A stretch of 64,000 nt of DNA from an uncultured Alphaproteobacteria bacterium (GCA_902521325.1 CABYRE010000004.1:3743-67742); one strand, 5' to 3'; shown: positions 1 to 10,921, counted from the stretch's first letter. Notes: a model not told the origin generated them from the sequence alone. A program made the numbers and translations.

Positions 1-765
1 GGTAAACAAGTTCAAGTAATTAATAATATTATAGAAGAAGCTAAGAAAATTAATGTATCTTCACTGCATTTTAATTTTATTAATAAAGAATTTAATTGGA
101 CAGATATTGAGCACATCATGATTAGATCAGGAATTCAGTTTCATTGGCAAAATAAAGAATATAAAAATTTTGATGAATTCTTAAAAGATTTATCTTCACG
201 AAAAAGAAAAATTATAAGAAGGGAAAGACTATGTATTGAAAAAAATAATCTAACTGTAAAATTGCTTAATGGAGATGATATTAAAGAAGAGCATATAAGT
301 TTTTTTTACGATTGTTATTTAGATACAACAGGTAGAAAATGGGGCTCTACTTATTTAACTAAAGAATTTTTCTTTGAAATATTACATAATTTTAGAAATA
401 AAATATTACTTATAATGGCTTATCAAGAAGATAAAATGGTTGCCTCTGCAATTAATTTTATAAGCAAAACTCATTTATATGGACGATTATGGGGATCAAA
501 ATATGAAGTTCCATTTTTACACTTTGAACTCTGTTACTATCAAGCAATAGAATATGCCATTAAAAATAAAATTAAAATAGTAGAGGCTGGCGCTCAAGGT
601 GAACACAAATTACAGAGAGGGTATGTTCCCACAAAAACATGGAGTGCCCATTGGATAAAAGATCAAGAATTTAGCAATGCTATTAAAAATTTTCTTGATA
701 ATGAGAGTCAACTAATTGACAATCAAAAAAAGAAATTAGAGGACTTTTTACCTTTCAAAAATTAA
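1..765 (+). CDS. FemAB-like / GNAT-fold N-acetyltransferase family protein (COG3146, former DUF482 type), C-terminal part; 5' end outside window
   Basis: Frame 1 is open from base 1 with no stop before the listed ATG at 118. Conserved blocks LHFELCYYQAIE and VEAGAQGEHK are typical of this family. Confidence 0.7.
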   Translation, partial: GKQVQVINNIIEEAKKINVSSLHFNFINKEFNWTDIEHIMIRSGIQFHWQNKEYKNFDEFLKDLSSRKRKIIRRERLCIEKNNLTVKLLNGDDIKEEHISFFYDCYLDTTGRKWGSTYLTKEFFFEILHNFRNKILLIMAYQEDKMVASAINFISKTHLYGRLWGSKYEVPFLHFELCYYQAIEYAIKNKIKIVEAGAQGEHKLQRGYVPTKTWSAHWIKDQEFSNAIKNFLDNESQLIDNQKKKLEDFLPFKN

Positions 766-3035
766 GCTAATTCTTTTTTTACTTCTTGCTTATTTGAGAA
801 TTCAAAGTTAATTTTTTTATCTTTACATGTGATTTCAACATGTCCACCCTTAGCAAGTTTACCAAAAATGAGTTCTTCAGCCATCGGTTTTTTTACTTTT
901 TCTTGTATCACTCTTCCTAGTTCTCTAGCTCCGTATACTTCGTCATAACCCTCTTCAGCTAAAAATTCCTTTGCCTCTTTATTAATCGATAATGAAACAC
1001 CTTTGTCTTCAAGCTGTGCTTCAATTTCTATAATAAATTTATCTACTATAGAAAGTACAATATTTTTAGATAAATGATTAAAGTGGATAATTGAGTCTAT
1101 GCGATTTCTAAATTCTGGTGAAAAAATTCTATTTATCGCATCACTACTATCATCATTAGATCTTTTTGCATTAAAGCCAATTTTGTTTTTAGATACATCA
1201 ATTGCACCTGCGTTCGTTGTCATAATTAATATGACATTTCTAAAATCTATAGTCTTACCATTATGATCGGTTAGTTTTCCATAATCCATTACTTGTAAAA
1301 GAATGTTGAATAAATCATAGTGGGCTTTTTCAATTTCATCCAATAACAATACACAATGAGGGTTTTGATCAACTCCGTCAGTTAATAATCCACCTTGGTC
1401 GAAACCTACGTAACCAGGGGGAGCCCCAATAAGTCTACTCACGGTGTGACGCTCCATATATTCTGACATATCAAATCTAAGAAGTTTAATGCCAAGTGTG
1501 TTACTTAACTGTTTAGCTACCTCTGTCTTCCCTACCCCAGTAGGCCCAGAAAATAAATATGAGCCAATTGGCTTTCCATCTTCTCTTAGTCCTGCTCTTG
1601 CCAACTTAATGGAAGATGATAATTCTTCGATAGCTTTGTCTTGGCCAAAGACGAAATTTTTCAAATCTCTCTCTAAATTTTTTAAACTATTCTTATCACT
1701 TTGATTAACAGATTTTGTTGGAATTCTTGCCATCAAAGCAACTACTGCCTCAATATCTTTAGAAAGAATAATTTTTTTTCTTTTTTCTTCTGGCAATAAA
1801 TATTGAGAGGCTCCTGCTTCATCAATAACATCAATAGCTTTGTCTGGAAGTTTTCTATCACCTATATATTTATTGGATAACTCTACCGCACTAATTATTG
1901 CTTCTGGTGAATATTTAATATTATGATGTTCTTCATAGTAAGTTTTTAAACCTTCAAGAATTTTGACGGTCTCATCTTTTGATGGTTCCTTAACATCAAT
2001 TTTTTGGAATCGTCTGACTAAAGCTCTATCTTTTTCAAAATAGTTTTTAAATTCCTTATAGGTTGTTGAACCAATACATTTGAGAGTGCCATTTCCTAGA
2101 GACGGTTTTAATAAATTACTTGCATCCATTGAGCCTCCACTCGTTGCTCCTGCCCCAATAACTGTGTGGATTTCATCGATAAAAAGAACGGCTTTGTCTT
2201 TCTTTTGTAATTCTTTAAGAACTGCTTTTAATCTTTCTTCAAAATCACCTCTGTATCTTGTGCCTGCTAGTAAGGCACCCATATCTAAAGAATAAATCAC
2301 AGCATCCTCCATGATTTTAGGTACCTTTTTTTCTGTAATTCTTTTTGCTAAACCTTCAGCAATTGCTGTTTTTCCAACACCAGGGTCTCCAACAAATAAA
2401 GGATTATTCTTTTGCCTTCTACATAAGATTTGAATTGTTCTATCTAGTTCTTTGCTTCTTCCAATGAGCTTGTCAATTTTACCATCTTTTGATTTTTCAT
2501 TAAGGTTGATACAAAATTGACCTAAAGCACTCTTAGGTTTTTGTCGTTCACTATTATCATTTGTTTGACTATCTACAAATTCTTCATTTTCAAAACTTTC
2601 ATTAGCTTTAGAAATTCCATGTGAAATATACTGGACAGCATCTAATCTACTCATGTTTTGTTGATGAAGAAAATATACTGCATGGCTTTCTTTCTCAGAA
2701 AATAAAGCTACAATCATATTAGCTCCAGTAACACTCTCTCTTCCACTCGATTGCACGTGTATAGCAGCTCTTTGTAAAACTCTTTGAAAACCATTTGTTA
2801 GTTTTGGCTCACCTGTAAAATTTTCTTTAAGATTTTCTAAATCATTGATAATAAATTTTTCAACACTTTCTTTTAATTGTGAAATATCAACTGCGCATGC
2901 TTTGAGAACACTAATTGCATCTTGGTCTTCCAAAAGGGAATATAATAAATGCTCTAGAGTTACATACTCATGCTTATAGTTAGTTGCTAATTGATATGCT
3001 TCTCTTAATGTTTTTTCTAAATTTTGTGACAGCAT
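762..3035 (-). CDS. clpA: ATP-dependent Clp protease ATP-binding subunit ClpA
   Basis: Two AAA+ modules with Walker A GDPGVGKT and GPTGVGKT, and an N-terminal Clp repeat. Start placed at M8 (MLSQNLE, like E. coli MLNQELE), giving a TAATG junction with the clpS stop. The ORF track extends to 3056. Confidence 0.95.
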   Translation of the reverse strand: MLSQNLEKTLREAYQLATNYKHEYVTLEHLLYSLLEDQDAISVLKACAVDISQLKESVEKFIINDLENLKENFTGEPKLTNGFQRVLQRAAIHVQSSGRESVTGANMIVALFSEKESHAVYFLHQQNMSRLDAVQYISHGISKANESFENEEFVDSQTNDNSERQKPKSALGQFCINLNEKSKDGKIDKLIGRSKELDRTIQILCRRQKNNPLFVGDPGVGKTAIAEGLAKRITEKKVPKIMEDAVIYSLDMGALLAGTRYRGDFEERLKAVLKELQKKDKAVLFIDEIHTVIGAGATSGGSMDASNLLKPSLGNGTLKCIGSTTYKEFKNYFEKDRALVRRFQKIDVKEPSKDETVKILEGLKTYYEEHHNIKYSPEAIISAVELSNKYIGDRKLPDKAIDVIDEAGASQYLLPEEKRKKIILSKDIEAVVALMARIPTKSVNQSDKNSLKNLERDLKNFVFGQDKAIEELSSSIKLARAGLREDGKPIGSYLFSGPTGVGKTEVAKQLSNTLGIKLLRFDMSEYMERHTVSRLIGAPPGYVGFDQGGLLTDGVDQNPHCVLLLDEIEKAHYDLFNILLQVMDYGKLTDHNGKTIDFRNVILIMTTNAGAIDVSKNKIGFNAKRSNDDSSDAINRIFSPEFRNRIDSIIHFNHLSKNIVLSIVDKFIIEIEAQLEDKGVSLSINKEAKEFLAEEGYDEVYGARELGRVIQEKVKKPMAEELIFGKLAKGGHVEITCKDKKINFEFSNKQEVKKELA

Positions 3036-3367
3036 TAACTTTTTTCCATTGTGCATTGTAAGGGATGTTCATTTTTTTTTGCCATATCCATTACCGATTT
3101 ACATTTAGACTCAGCCACCTCATAAGTAAATATTCCGCAAACTCCTATACCATTTTTATGAACATGTAACATAATTTGTGTTGCCTCTTCTTGTTTTTTA
3201 TTAAATATTTTTTCTAAAACCATTACAACAAATTCCATTGGAGTATAGTCATCATTTAATAATAATACATTATACATAGAAGGTTTTTTTGTTTTTGGTT
3301 TAGTGTCTAATAACAGACCTCTTTGAAAATCCTCATTATTATTGTTATTTTGATCTTCATTTGCCAT
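3035..3367 (-). CDS. clpS: ATP-dependent Clp protease adaptor ClpS
   Basis: About 110 aa with the core [20 protein letters not shown]...[12 protein letters not shown] typical of ClpS, immediately upstream of clpA. Confidence 0.92.
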   Translation of the reverse strand: MANEDQNNNNNEDFQRGLLLDTKPKTKKPSMYNVLLLNDDYTPMEFVVMVLEKIFNKKQEEATQIMLHVHKNGIGVCGIFTYEVAESKCKSVMDMAKKNEHPLQCTMEKS

Positions 3368-3450
3368 ATTTATTAAATAATATGTTTTAAAATATTTTAA
3401 AGTATTTTTATGTTTGAAAGCATCGAAAATCTTATGTTAATCAATGAAAA

Positions 3451-4548
3451 ATGAAAAAAAATTTATTATTCATCATAATTTTAAATAGTTTTTTACTATT
3501 AAGTTTTTCACCAAATATATTTGCTAAAAAAGCGGCAATTGTAATAGATTTTGATACTGAAGAAGTCTTATTTGAGGTCAACGCTGACACAAGAAATTAT
3601 CCAGCATCTCTAACAAAAATAATGACTCTTTACATTGTATTTGATTATATAAAAAAAGGAAGGCTAAGCTATGATAGTCAATTAAGTGTATCAAGTGTTG
3701 CTGCATCAAGATCGCCAAGTAAGTTATATTTAGAGGATGGTTCAAGTATTAAAGTTAGAGATGCAATTAATGCGCTTATAATTAAATCGGCAAATGATGT
3801 GGCTACAGTAGTAGCAGAAAATATTTCTGGAAGTGAGAAAGAATTTGCAAAACTTATGACAAGCTATGCAAAAAATCTAGGTATGAAAAACACAACATTT
3901 AAAAACGCATCTGGTCTTCCTAATAGAGCTCAATTAACAACTGCAAGAGATATTTCAAAACTATGTCATAAGCTTATTACAAATTTTCCAAATGAATATA
4001 GATTGTTCAGTAATACAAAGTTTTCTTACAAAGGTAAAACTTACAAAACTCATAATAAATTAATGTTAAGTTATGAAGGTGCGGATGGGATTAAAACGGG
4101 TTATATTAAGGCATCTGGTTTTCAATTAGCATTTTCAGCAGTAAGAGATGATAAAAGGCTAATTGGAATTATTTTTGGTGGAGACACAGGGAGTCAAAGA
4201 AATAAATCATTAAAAATTATAATGGATAAAGAATTTGCTGAACTAAACATAAAACCAAATAATAATAAAAAAGAAATTGTTACTAAAGATATAAAAGAAG
4301 TAAAAAAAAATAATTACTCAATTGTTGTTGGAACATTCAAATATAGAAATAGTGCAGAAAAACAAATCAAATTAATTAAAAGCAAATATCCAGTTTCTAC
4401 AAAAGATAAAATTTCAAATGTAGTACTTATAAAAGTTAGTGGCAAACAACTTTATGAATCTAGATTTGAAAATTTTTCTAAAGTAGAAGCATATACAGCT
4501 TGTAAAAGGCTAAAAAAATATAATCGTGATTGTTTTGTTAGATTGTAA
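3451..4548 (+). CDS. D-alanyl-D-alanine carboxypeptidase (peptidase S11, PBP5/6 type) with C-terminal SPOR domain
   Basis: Signal peptide present. Motifs SxxK (SLTK), SxN (SAN) and KTG (KTGY) are all found. The C-terminal about 80 aa (YSIVVGTFKYRNSAEKQI...) looks like a SPOR peptidoglycan-binding domain. Confidence 0.85.
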   Translation: MKKNLLFIIILNSFLLLSFSPNIFAKKAAIVIDFDTEEVLFEVNADTRNYPASLTKIMTLYIVFDYIKKGRLSYDSQLSVSSVAASRSPSKLYLEDGSSIKVRDAINALIIKSANDVATVVAENISGSEKEFAKLMTSYAKNLGMKNTTFKNASGLPNRAQLTTARDISKLCHKLITNFPNEYRLFSNTKFSYKGKTYKTHNKLMLSYEGADGIKTGYIKASGFQLAFSAVRDDKRLIGIIFGGDTGSQRNKSLKIIMDKEFAELNIKPNNNKKEIVTKDIKEVKKNNYSIVVGTFKYRNSAEKQIKLIKSKYPVSTKDKISNVVLIKVSGKQLYESRFENFSKVEAYTACKRLKKYNRDCFVRL

Positions 4549-5944
4549 ATTTATAATTTATACCGCTAATAGATAATTGATTTTCGATAATTGCTATCAA
4601 AGATTTAAGTCCTTCTTGAGAAGTTGACTCTGCTCTACAAGTCAGTTGGTTTTGAGTATTACTAGCTCTCATGAGAAACCACCCATCATCGTTTTCAACT
4701 CTTATACCGTCAATGTCTATTATATTTATTTCAGTATTTTTTATTCTTTCTTTAATCTGATCAATAATTAAAAATTTTTTTGTTTCATCAACATCAAATC
4801 TTGTTTCTGGTGTTGAAAATGTTTTTGGATAAACATTTATTAATTCATTTAGGGATTTTTCTTGATTACAAAGTATTCTAAGCAGTCGTAATGCTACATA
4901 CATCGCATCATCATACCCATAAAAATCATCAGCATAACAAATATGACCGCTCATTTCTCCAGATAATGGTGAATTCAATTCTTTCATTTTTTCTTTTATG
5001 GGTGAATGGCCAGTTTTAGACATTATAGGATCACAGTTTAGTTTTTTTGCTTCATCAAAAAATACTTTACTACATTTAACATCCATAATTATTTTTGGAT
5101 TATCATATAAATTTGCAATTTCATTACATAGTAATAACATATATTGATCTGCCCAAACTAAATTACCTAAATTATCTACAACACCTAAACGGTCTCCATC
5201 TCCGTCAAAGGCAAGACCTATGTCACAATGATTATCTTTAACTGTTTTTATCAATTGCTCCATATTCTTTGGAACCGTAGGATCTGGATGATGGTTAGGG
5301 AAATTACCATCAACTTTTTCATTTATTAAAATATTTTCAGAGTTATTTAAATTGTTTGTAACTTCCTTAATGACTGTTCCCATCGCACCATTACCAATAT
5401 CCCACGCAATTTTTATTCTCTTACTGAGATTAATATTTTGTAATAATCTCTTGGTATAATCTAATTTAATATCTTTACTAATAATCTCACCTTGTGCTAA
5501 TTTTAAATTATCCTGATCAATTAATTTTTGAAGGCTTTGGATATTTTCAGCATAAAAAGAATGTTTAGCTAGAACCATTTTAAAACCATTATATTCTGAA
5601 GGGTTGTGAGATCCTGTGACCATTATAACAGCATCCACTTCAAGATGGTAATGGGCAAAATAAGTCATTGGAGTTGGGCCCATACCAATATTGATAACTT
5701 TTGCTCCAGAGTCCTTTAATCCTTCGCAAAGAGCTTGATGTAAATCTGGTGATGTTAATCTTCCATCATAACCAGTAGCAACTATATTAGATTGTAATCG
5801 ATTAATTACAGTATATCCAAATGTTCTACCTATTGTATAGGCCGTATTTTGATTAATATTTTCTCCAACTACTCCTCTAATGTCATATTCTCTAAGAACC
5901 TCTTTATCAAAATTTTCAATTTTCAATTTATTTTCCAGTTCCAT
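4538..5944 (-). CDS. Phosphomannomutase / phosphoglucomutase (alpha-D-phosphohexomutase family)
   Basis: Active-site loop TGSHNPSEYNGFK and metal loop FDGDGDR. Confidence 0.9.
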   Translation of the reverse strand: MELENKLKIENFDKEVLREYDIRGVVGENINQNTAYTIGRTFGYTVINRLQSNIVATGYDGRLTSPDLHQALCEGLKDSGAKVINIGMGPTPMTYFAHYHLEVDAVIMVTGSHNPSEYNGFKMVLAKHSFYAENIQSLQKLIDQDNLKLAQGEIISKDIKLDYTKRLLQNINLSKRIKIAWDIGNGAMGTVIKEVTNNLNNSENILINEKVDGNFPNHHPDPTVPKNMEQLIKTVKDNHCDIGLAFDGDGDRLGVVDNLGNLVWADQYMLLLCNEIANLYDNPKIIMDVKCSKVFFDEAKKLNCDPIMSKTGHSPIKEKMKELNSPLSGEMSGHICYADDFYGYDDAMYVALRLLRILCNQEKSLNELINVYPKTFSTPETRFDVDETKKFLIIDQIKERIKNTEINIIDIDGIRVENDDGWFLMRASNTQNQLTCRAESTSQEGLKSLIAIIENQLSISGINYKFTI

Positions 5945-7223
5945 AGTATTTAAATCCCAACTCTTTTAAATCTTCTGGGATATAAATATTTCTTAAATCG
6001 AAAATTATTTTTTCTTTTAACAGTTTCGATATTTTTTTGAAATTTAATGCTCTAAATTCATTCCATTCTGTTCCAATAATAATGGCCGAAGCTCCTTTAC
6101 AAGCATCATAAGCAGAATTAAAATAAATAAGATTGGAATTTTCTATTTTAGCATTTTGCATTGCTTCAGGATCATAAGATTGAACTTTATATCCTTTGTC
6201 AAATAAATTAGATGCAATTTTCATAGAAGTAGAATCTCTAACATCATCAGTATTGGGTTTAAAGCTTAGACCTAAAAAACAAATAGTAGATTTATTCTTT
6301 ATATTTGAAACAATTTTATCTGAAATTTTTAATATACGTTCTTGGTTAGATTTATTAACTGCATCAATAATTGAAAAATCAATATTTTTATTTTTAGCTG
6401 TTGAAGCAAATGCCTTAACATCCTTTGGAAAGCATGATCCTCCAAATCCAGGTCCAGCATTCAAAAATTTAGAACCAATTCTTTTATCAATACCCATCGC
6501 GAATGCTACTTGCTGAACATCAGCACCAACAACTTCACACAAATCAGCAACCTCATTAATGAAAGCAATTTTTGTTGCTAGAAAACTATTAGATGCATAT
6601 TTAATTATCTCTGAAGTTTCAATGGATGTAGCTACAATTGGTGTTTCTTTAAGAAATAAAGGTCTATAAAGTTCCTTCATAATATTTTCAGATTTTTTAT
6701 TTTCTGTTCCAATAACTACTCTATCTGGTCTTATAAAATCATTAATGGCAGATCCTTCTCGAAGAAATTCTGGATTGGACACAACATCAAAAAGTTTTGG
6801 ATCAATTTTATTTGAAATAATTTTTTTTACTTCCCTTGTAGTTCCAACTGGAACTGTTGACTTAGTTACTACTAAGCAATATTGATTAATATTATCAGCA
6901 ATTTCTTCAGCAACTTGCCATACAAAACTTAAATCAGCCTCATCCTGTAATCTTCTTGTTGGAGTTCCTACAGTAATAAAAATTATATCTGTATTCTCTA
7001 AATTATTTTTTATTGTTGATGCAAAAGATATTAATTTTGTTTTATTTATATGCTTGTCTAGAAGTTCATCCATACCTGGTTCAAAAAATGGACACTTCCC
7101 TGATTTAAGCTTTTCAAGGCGTTTAATATCTTTGTCTACACAAGTTACAGTATAACCAAATTCAGCAAAACACGCTCCTGTAACCAGCCCTACATAACCT
7201 GTTCCAACTATTGTAAGATTCAT
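5928..7223 (-). CDS. ugd: UDP-glucose 6-dehydrogenase
   Basis: N-terminal GTGYVGLV Rossmann motif and catalytic GGSCFPKD. Length of 431 aa fits. Confidence 0.9.
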   Translation of the reverse strand: MNLTIVGTGYVGLVTGACFAEFGYTVTCVDKDIKRLEKLKSGKCPFFEPGMDELLDKHINKTKLISFASTIKNNLENTDIIFITVGTPTRRLQDEADLSFVWQVAEEIADNINQYCLVVTKSTVPVGTTREVKKIISNKIDPKLFDVVSNPEFLREGSAINDFIRPDRVVIGTENKKSENIMKELYRPLFLKETPIVATSIETSEIIKYASNSFLATKIAFINEVADLCEVVGADVQQVAFAMGIDKRIGSKFLNAGPGFGGSCFPKDVKAFASTAKNKNIDFSIIDAVNKSNQERILKISDKIVSNIKNKSTICFLGLSFKPNTDDVRDSTSMKIASNLFDKGYKVQSYDPEAMQNAKIENSNLIYFNSAYDACKGASAIIIGTEWNEFRALNFKKISKLLKEKIIFDLRNIYIPEDLKELGFKYYGTGK

Positions 7224-7339
7224 TATTCTACGATTGTATCTTTTATTTTGCTAAATAAACTAAATATTACTAGTTTGTTATAAATAATATTGAGAAAATT
7301 ACTGGAAAAAAGTAAATTTTTTATTAATTATAATTAACT

Positions 7340-8353
7340 ATGTCTAACGACCAAAAAAAACTAACAGGCATCAATAACATTTCAAATGAGTGGTTTAGAG
7401 CTAACATAGATCGCAAAACACTTAAAAACCTCTCTAAAAGAACTGATTACGAGGGCTGGAAACATATTATTATTTTTACACTATCACTTACCGGCCTTGG
7501 TATCTTATCAGCTTACTTCTGGCAAACTTGGTGGTTTGTACCATTCTATCTCGCGTATTGTATGTTCTGGGGTGGAGCGGATGCTATTTGGCATGAGTGT
7601 GGCCATAGAACAGCTTTTAAAACACGAAAGTTAAATGATTTCTTTTATCATATTGCAAGCTTTATGAATAACTTTGAACCCGTTAGATGGAGATGGAGTC
7701 ATTCTCTACATCATAGTTATACCGCTTCAGTTGATCCTCACGATTACGAAGCTGATGGAAGTATTTTTTCCAAACACACACTTTTAAGTTTTTTAATTAA
7801 TTTTTTTCCAGGAATTGGATTTTTTACCATACACAAATCATTATATATTGAAATTATCAAACATGCTCTTGGAATTAAAACTGATGTCATGAGAGATTGT
7901 ATACCTCAAGATAAAATTCAAGATTGTATTAATAGTTCAAGAATTTTTGTTTTTCTTTGGATATCAATAATTTTTTCTTCAATTTACTTTAGCTCATTAC
8001 TCCCAATATTATTATTTTTAGTTCCAAAATTTTTTGCAACTTTCAATGGTATTTGGGGCATTACTCAACATATGGGTTTACAAGAAAATACAAAAGATCA
8101 TCGTCTATCTACTAGGTCTGTAAGATTGAACCCTGTATTTAGTTTTATATATTGGAAAATGGAATATCATATTGAACATCATATGTTTCCAATGGTCCCA
8201 TCTTACAATCTTCCTAAATTATATGAAGTAATAAAAGATCAGTTACCAGAACCACAAACTTTATACTCTGCATATAGAGATATAATTCCAGCTGTTATTA
8301 AAAAATCAAAAAATCCAGATTATTATATACCAGTTCAAGTTCCAAATAATTAA
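7340..8353 (+). CDS. Membrane fatty-acid-desaturase-fold di-iron oxygenase (paralog 1)
   Basis: Three His boxes HECGH, HSLHH and HIEHH with hydrophobic segments between them. Paralog of 14586..15581. Confidence 0.8.
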   Translation: MSNDQKKLTGINNISNEWFRANIDRKTLKNLSKRTDYEGWKHIIIFTLSLTGLGILSAYFWQTWWFVPFYLAYCMFWGGADAIWHECGHRTAFKTRKLNDFFYHIASFMNNFEPVRWRWSHSLHHSYTASVDPHDYEADGSIFSKHTLLSFLINFFPGIGFFTIHKSLYIEIIKHALGIKTDVMRDCIPQDKIQDCINSSRIFVFLWISIIFSSIYFSSLLPILLFLVPKFFATFNGIWGITQHMGLQENTKDHRLSTRSVRLNPVFSFIYWKMEYHIEHHMFPMVPSYNLPKLYEVIKDQLPEPQTLYSAYRDIIPAVIKKSKNPDYYIPVQVPNN

Positions 8354-8399
8354 ACTATACTTGACACATCTCTACCTTTAGTTTTATCTAAACATTAAT

Positions 8400-9836
8400 A
8401 TGGAATTAAGAAATTTTATTGATGGTAAATTCATTAATTCACTCTCTAGAAAAAACATTCCTGTTTTAAATCCAGCTAACCAAAAAATTGTTGGTAATAT
8501 TGATGAGGCTTTAGACGAGGAAATAGATTTAGCTTTTAAAGCTGCAAAAAGAGCATTTGATAAAAGAATTTTAGTAGATATGGATGTAAAAGATAAATCG
8601 AATATGATGAGAGCAATAGCTCAAAAATTAAGAGAGCGAAAAGAGGAAGGTGGTAAACTTCTTAGCCAAGAAAATGGTAAAACTATTAAACAATGTATTG
8701 ATGAATTCAAAGGTGCTGCAGATACCTTCGATTTTTATGCAGGACTCACAGATAAAATAGAAAATAAACTAATACCTTCTGGGCAAGATACTTTAAATTA
8801 TATTGTTCTTGAACCTTTTGGTGTATCTCTGCAAATCGTGCCGTGGAACTATCCTGTTTCTATATTTTCAGGTATGGTTGCACAAAACTGGATTGTTGGA
8901 AATACAATTGTTATAAAGCCCCCCGAGTTATGTCCTATATCCTCTAACTTTTACGGTCAAATTTTTGAAGACGTTGGTGTACCTGAAGGAATTATAAATA
9001 TTGTTCATGGTTACGGCGAAACAACTGGACGAAAACTAGTTCAACACCCTGGAAGTGATTATATTGTTTTTACAGGATCGCCAGAAGTAGCATCCGAAAT
9101 TCTGAAAGAAACAGCAGATAGAATTATACCTACTCATTTTGAATTAGGAGGAAAGTCTGCAGCTATAATCTATCCTGATGCTGACATTGACAAAGCTGTT
9201 GATAGTACAATTAAGGGAATTTTTAAACCTAATGCTGGTCAAATATGTGTAGCAATGTCTAGAGTTATTGTTCACCCAAAAATAAAAGATGAATATATGA
9301 CAAAGCTAGTTGCAAAAACTCAAAAACTAAAAATTGGCTCAGGAGACGAAGATGGAACTGAAGTAACACCTTTAATATCAAGTAATCAAATGCAAAGGGT
9401 ATCAAATTACGTGAAATCAGGAATACAATCTGGAGCTACATTGACAATAGGTGGAGATAAAGCTGAAAGAGATGATGGAAATTTCTATCAACCAACTATT
9501 TTTGATAACGTCAAAGTTGAATCTACAATTGCTCAAGAAGAAATTTTTGGTCCTGTAACATCAGTATTTGATTTTGAAGATGAAGAAGATGCAATAAATA
9601 TAGCTAACTCAACTAAATATGGACTAGCCTCTGGTGTATTTACAGCTGATGATCGAAAAGCTAAATGGACTGCAGATCGAATTCAAGCTGGAATTATTTG
9701 GCAAAATGATTGGTTTATAGATGGAAATAATCTCCCCGGAGGAGGATATAAAAGATCAGGATATGGAAGAGATGGCGGTGTAGATGGTGTATATAGCCAT
9801 GGACAAACTAAAAGAATAAGTAAAAGACTGTACTAG
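8400..9836 (+). CDS. NAD(P)-dependent aldehyde dehydrogenase
   Basis: Catalytic motifs ELGGKS and GQICVAMSR (Cys), plus EEIFGPV. Close paralog of 48497..49930. Confidence 0.9.
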   Translation: MELRNFIDGKFINSLSRKNIPVLNPANQKIVGNIDEALDEEIDLAFKAAKRAFDKRILVDMDVKDKSNMMRAIAQKLRERKEEGGKLLSQENGKTIKQCIDEFKGAADTFDFYAGLTDKIENKLIPSGQDTLNYIVLEPFGVSLQIVPWNYPVSIFSGMVAQNWIVGNTIVIKPPELCPISSNFYGQIFEDVGVPEGIINIVHGYGETTGRKLVQHPGSDYIVFTGSPEVASEILKETADRIIPTHFELGGKSAAIIYPDADIDKAVDSTIKGIFKPNAGQICVAMSRVIVHPKIKDEYMTKLVAKTQKLKIGSGDEDGTEVTPLISSNQMQRVSNYVKSGIQSGATLTIGGDKAERDDGNFYQPTIFDNVKVESTIAQEEIFGPVTSVFDFEDEEDAINIANSTKYGLASGVFTADDRKAKWTADRIQAGIIWQNDWFIDGNNLPGGGYKRSGYGRDGGVDGVYSHGQTKRISKRLY

Positions 9837-9865
9837 TTGACATTCGTAAGTAATTTTAGTTAAAC
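9837..9865 (+). promoter_or_regulatory. Candidate sigma70-type promoter for the SBP gene (TTGACA-N17-TTAAAC)
   Basis: Perfect -35 hexamer directly after the ALDH stop. The -10 is weak. Pattern match only. Confidence 0.25.
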
Positions 9866-9915
9866 TTTATTATTATTTATTATTATTATTATTCATTTTA
9901 TTCATGGGAGGAATT

Positions 9916-10911
9916 ATGAAAATTTTTAAAATATTACTTATTACTTTATTTCTTTTTCCAGTTTCTATGCAAGCTTATGCTGCACCAACTGGCCAAGATC
10001 TAGGTGATAAATGGTGCTCAGATGTAAAAATGCATTTCTATGCTGGAGGTCCTGAAGCTGGAGGTTTTGCAGGAATAGTTGCAGCAGGAGCTATGAATGC
10101 TATTAGAGATACTGGAGCTGATGCTGAAATTATATACTCAGAATGGGATTTTGAAAAAATGGTCCGTCAACTTAGAGAGTCAGTTGGACTTGGTGTTGAT
10201 GCTATTGCAATGATGGGGCATCCGGGAGATGAAGCTCTAATGCCTTTAGCAAAACAAGCTGCTGAAAAAGGTATTCTAATGACTTATCAAAACGTTGATC
10301 CATCAGGTGTAAGAGCAAAATTTGGTGGCGGATACGTAGGAGCAAATTTGGCAACTCAGGGAAAAGCTCTTGCAAGAGAAGCAATTAGGCAATTTGGTTT
10401 CAAAGCTGGAGATCACGCTATAGTTATGGTTCCTATTGGGGATTACGCTAGAGCTCAAAGAGAAGATGGTGCAAGAATCATATTTGAAGAACACGGAATG
10501 ACAGTTACTGTTCTTGATGGACAACCAGCTTATGCTTCCGATCCGAATATGACTATCCCAGTTTTCTCAGCAGCGTTAAATGCAAATCCTGAAACAAAAG
10601 TAATTGTTCACTCTGGAAGTGATGTAATGAATGTTGCAGAAGGTATTGCCAAAGCTGCAGGTTATGGGCCAAATGAGTTACTTCAAATTGGATTTGATAC
10701 TAGCCCACAAATTATGTCGGCGTTTGAAAAAGGATATGTTCATCTAACATCTGATCAACAACCTTTCCTTCAAGGGTATCTTCCAGTGTTATCACTTTGT
10801 CAAACAGCTGTACTTGGTACTGGTGCAATAAACCAAGATACTGGTGCAGGATTTGTTGATACAAATAACTATCAAGCTGTTAAAGCTCTTGCTGATGCAG
10901 GTCTAAGATAG
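9916..10911 (+). CDS. Sugar ABC transporter periplasmic substrate-binding protein (type I PBP, ribose/CUT2-like)
   Basis: Start moved to the ATG preceded by GGGAGG (9906-9911). Signal peptide MKIFKILLITLFLFPVSMQAYA. Followed by CUT2-type ATPase and permease genes. Confidence 0.8.
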   Translation: MKIFKILLITLFLFPVSMQAYAAPTGQDLGDKWCSDVKMHFYAGGPEAGGFAGIVAAGAMNAIRDTGADAEIIYSEWDFEKMVRQLRESVGLGVDAIAMMGHPGDEALMPLAKQAAEKGILMTYQNVDPSGVRAKFGGGYVGANLATQGKALAREAIRQFGFKAGDHAIVMVPIGDYARAQREDGARIIFEEHGMTVTVLDGQPAYASDPNMTIPVFSAALNANPETKVIVHSGSDVMNVAEGIAKAAGYGPNELLQIGFDTSPQIMSAFEKGYVHLTSDQQPFLQGYLPVLSLCQTAVLGTGAINQDTGAGFVDTNNYQAVKALADAGLR

Positions 10912-10921
10912 GAAAATATAT

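Noticed and set aside
1489-1704. Antisense or shadow ORFs of 60-116 aa nested inside larger genes. From the ORF track these are 1489, 2080, 6196, 10202, 10303, 10949, 11350, 12194, 13229, 14042, 15820, 17848, 20005, 23777, 29445, 31553, 33292, 33436, 35447, 41303, 42651, 45338, 48807, 48898, 51672, 52968, 53338, 57180, 58122, 58132, 58227, 59019 and 62400.
   Set aside because: Each lies wholly within a long ORF that has clear family motifs on the other strand or in another frame. Their products are low-complexity with no motifs. They cluster on the less AT-rich genes, where stop codons are rarer by chance.
3036-3056. Seven-codon N-terminal extension of ClpA (MHNGKKL) overlapping clpS by 22 nt. 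Similar long 5' extensions or overlaps occur at 55300-55356, 59864-59914, 59885-59929, 32170-32208, 33011-33037, 15701-15739 and 19292-19342.
   Set aside because: Downstream starts align with homolog N-termini, follow an SD, or remove improbable overlaps. The extensions use rare starts or add non-conserved residues.
9868-9893. (TAT)3-T-(TAT)5 trinucleotide run between the candidate promoter and the SBP start; considered as a slipped-strand phase-variation switch
   Set aside because: Only 5 uninterrupted units in DNA that is about 70% AT, so it is plausibly chance or a spacer. No evidence of length variation is available from a single sequence.
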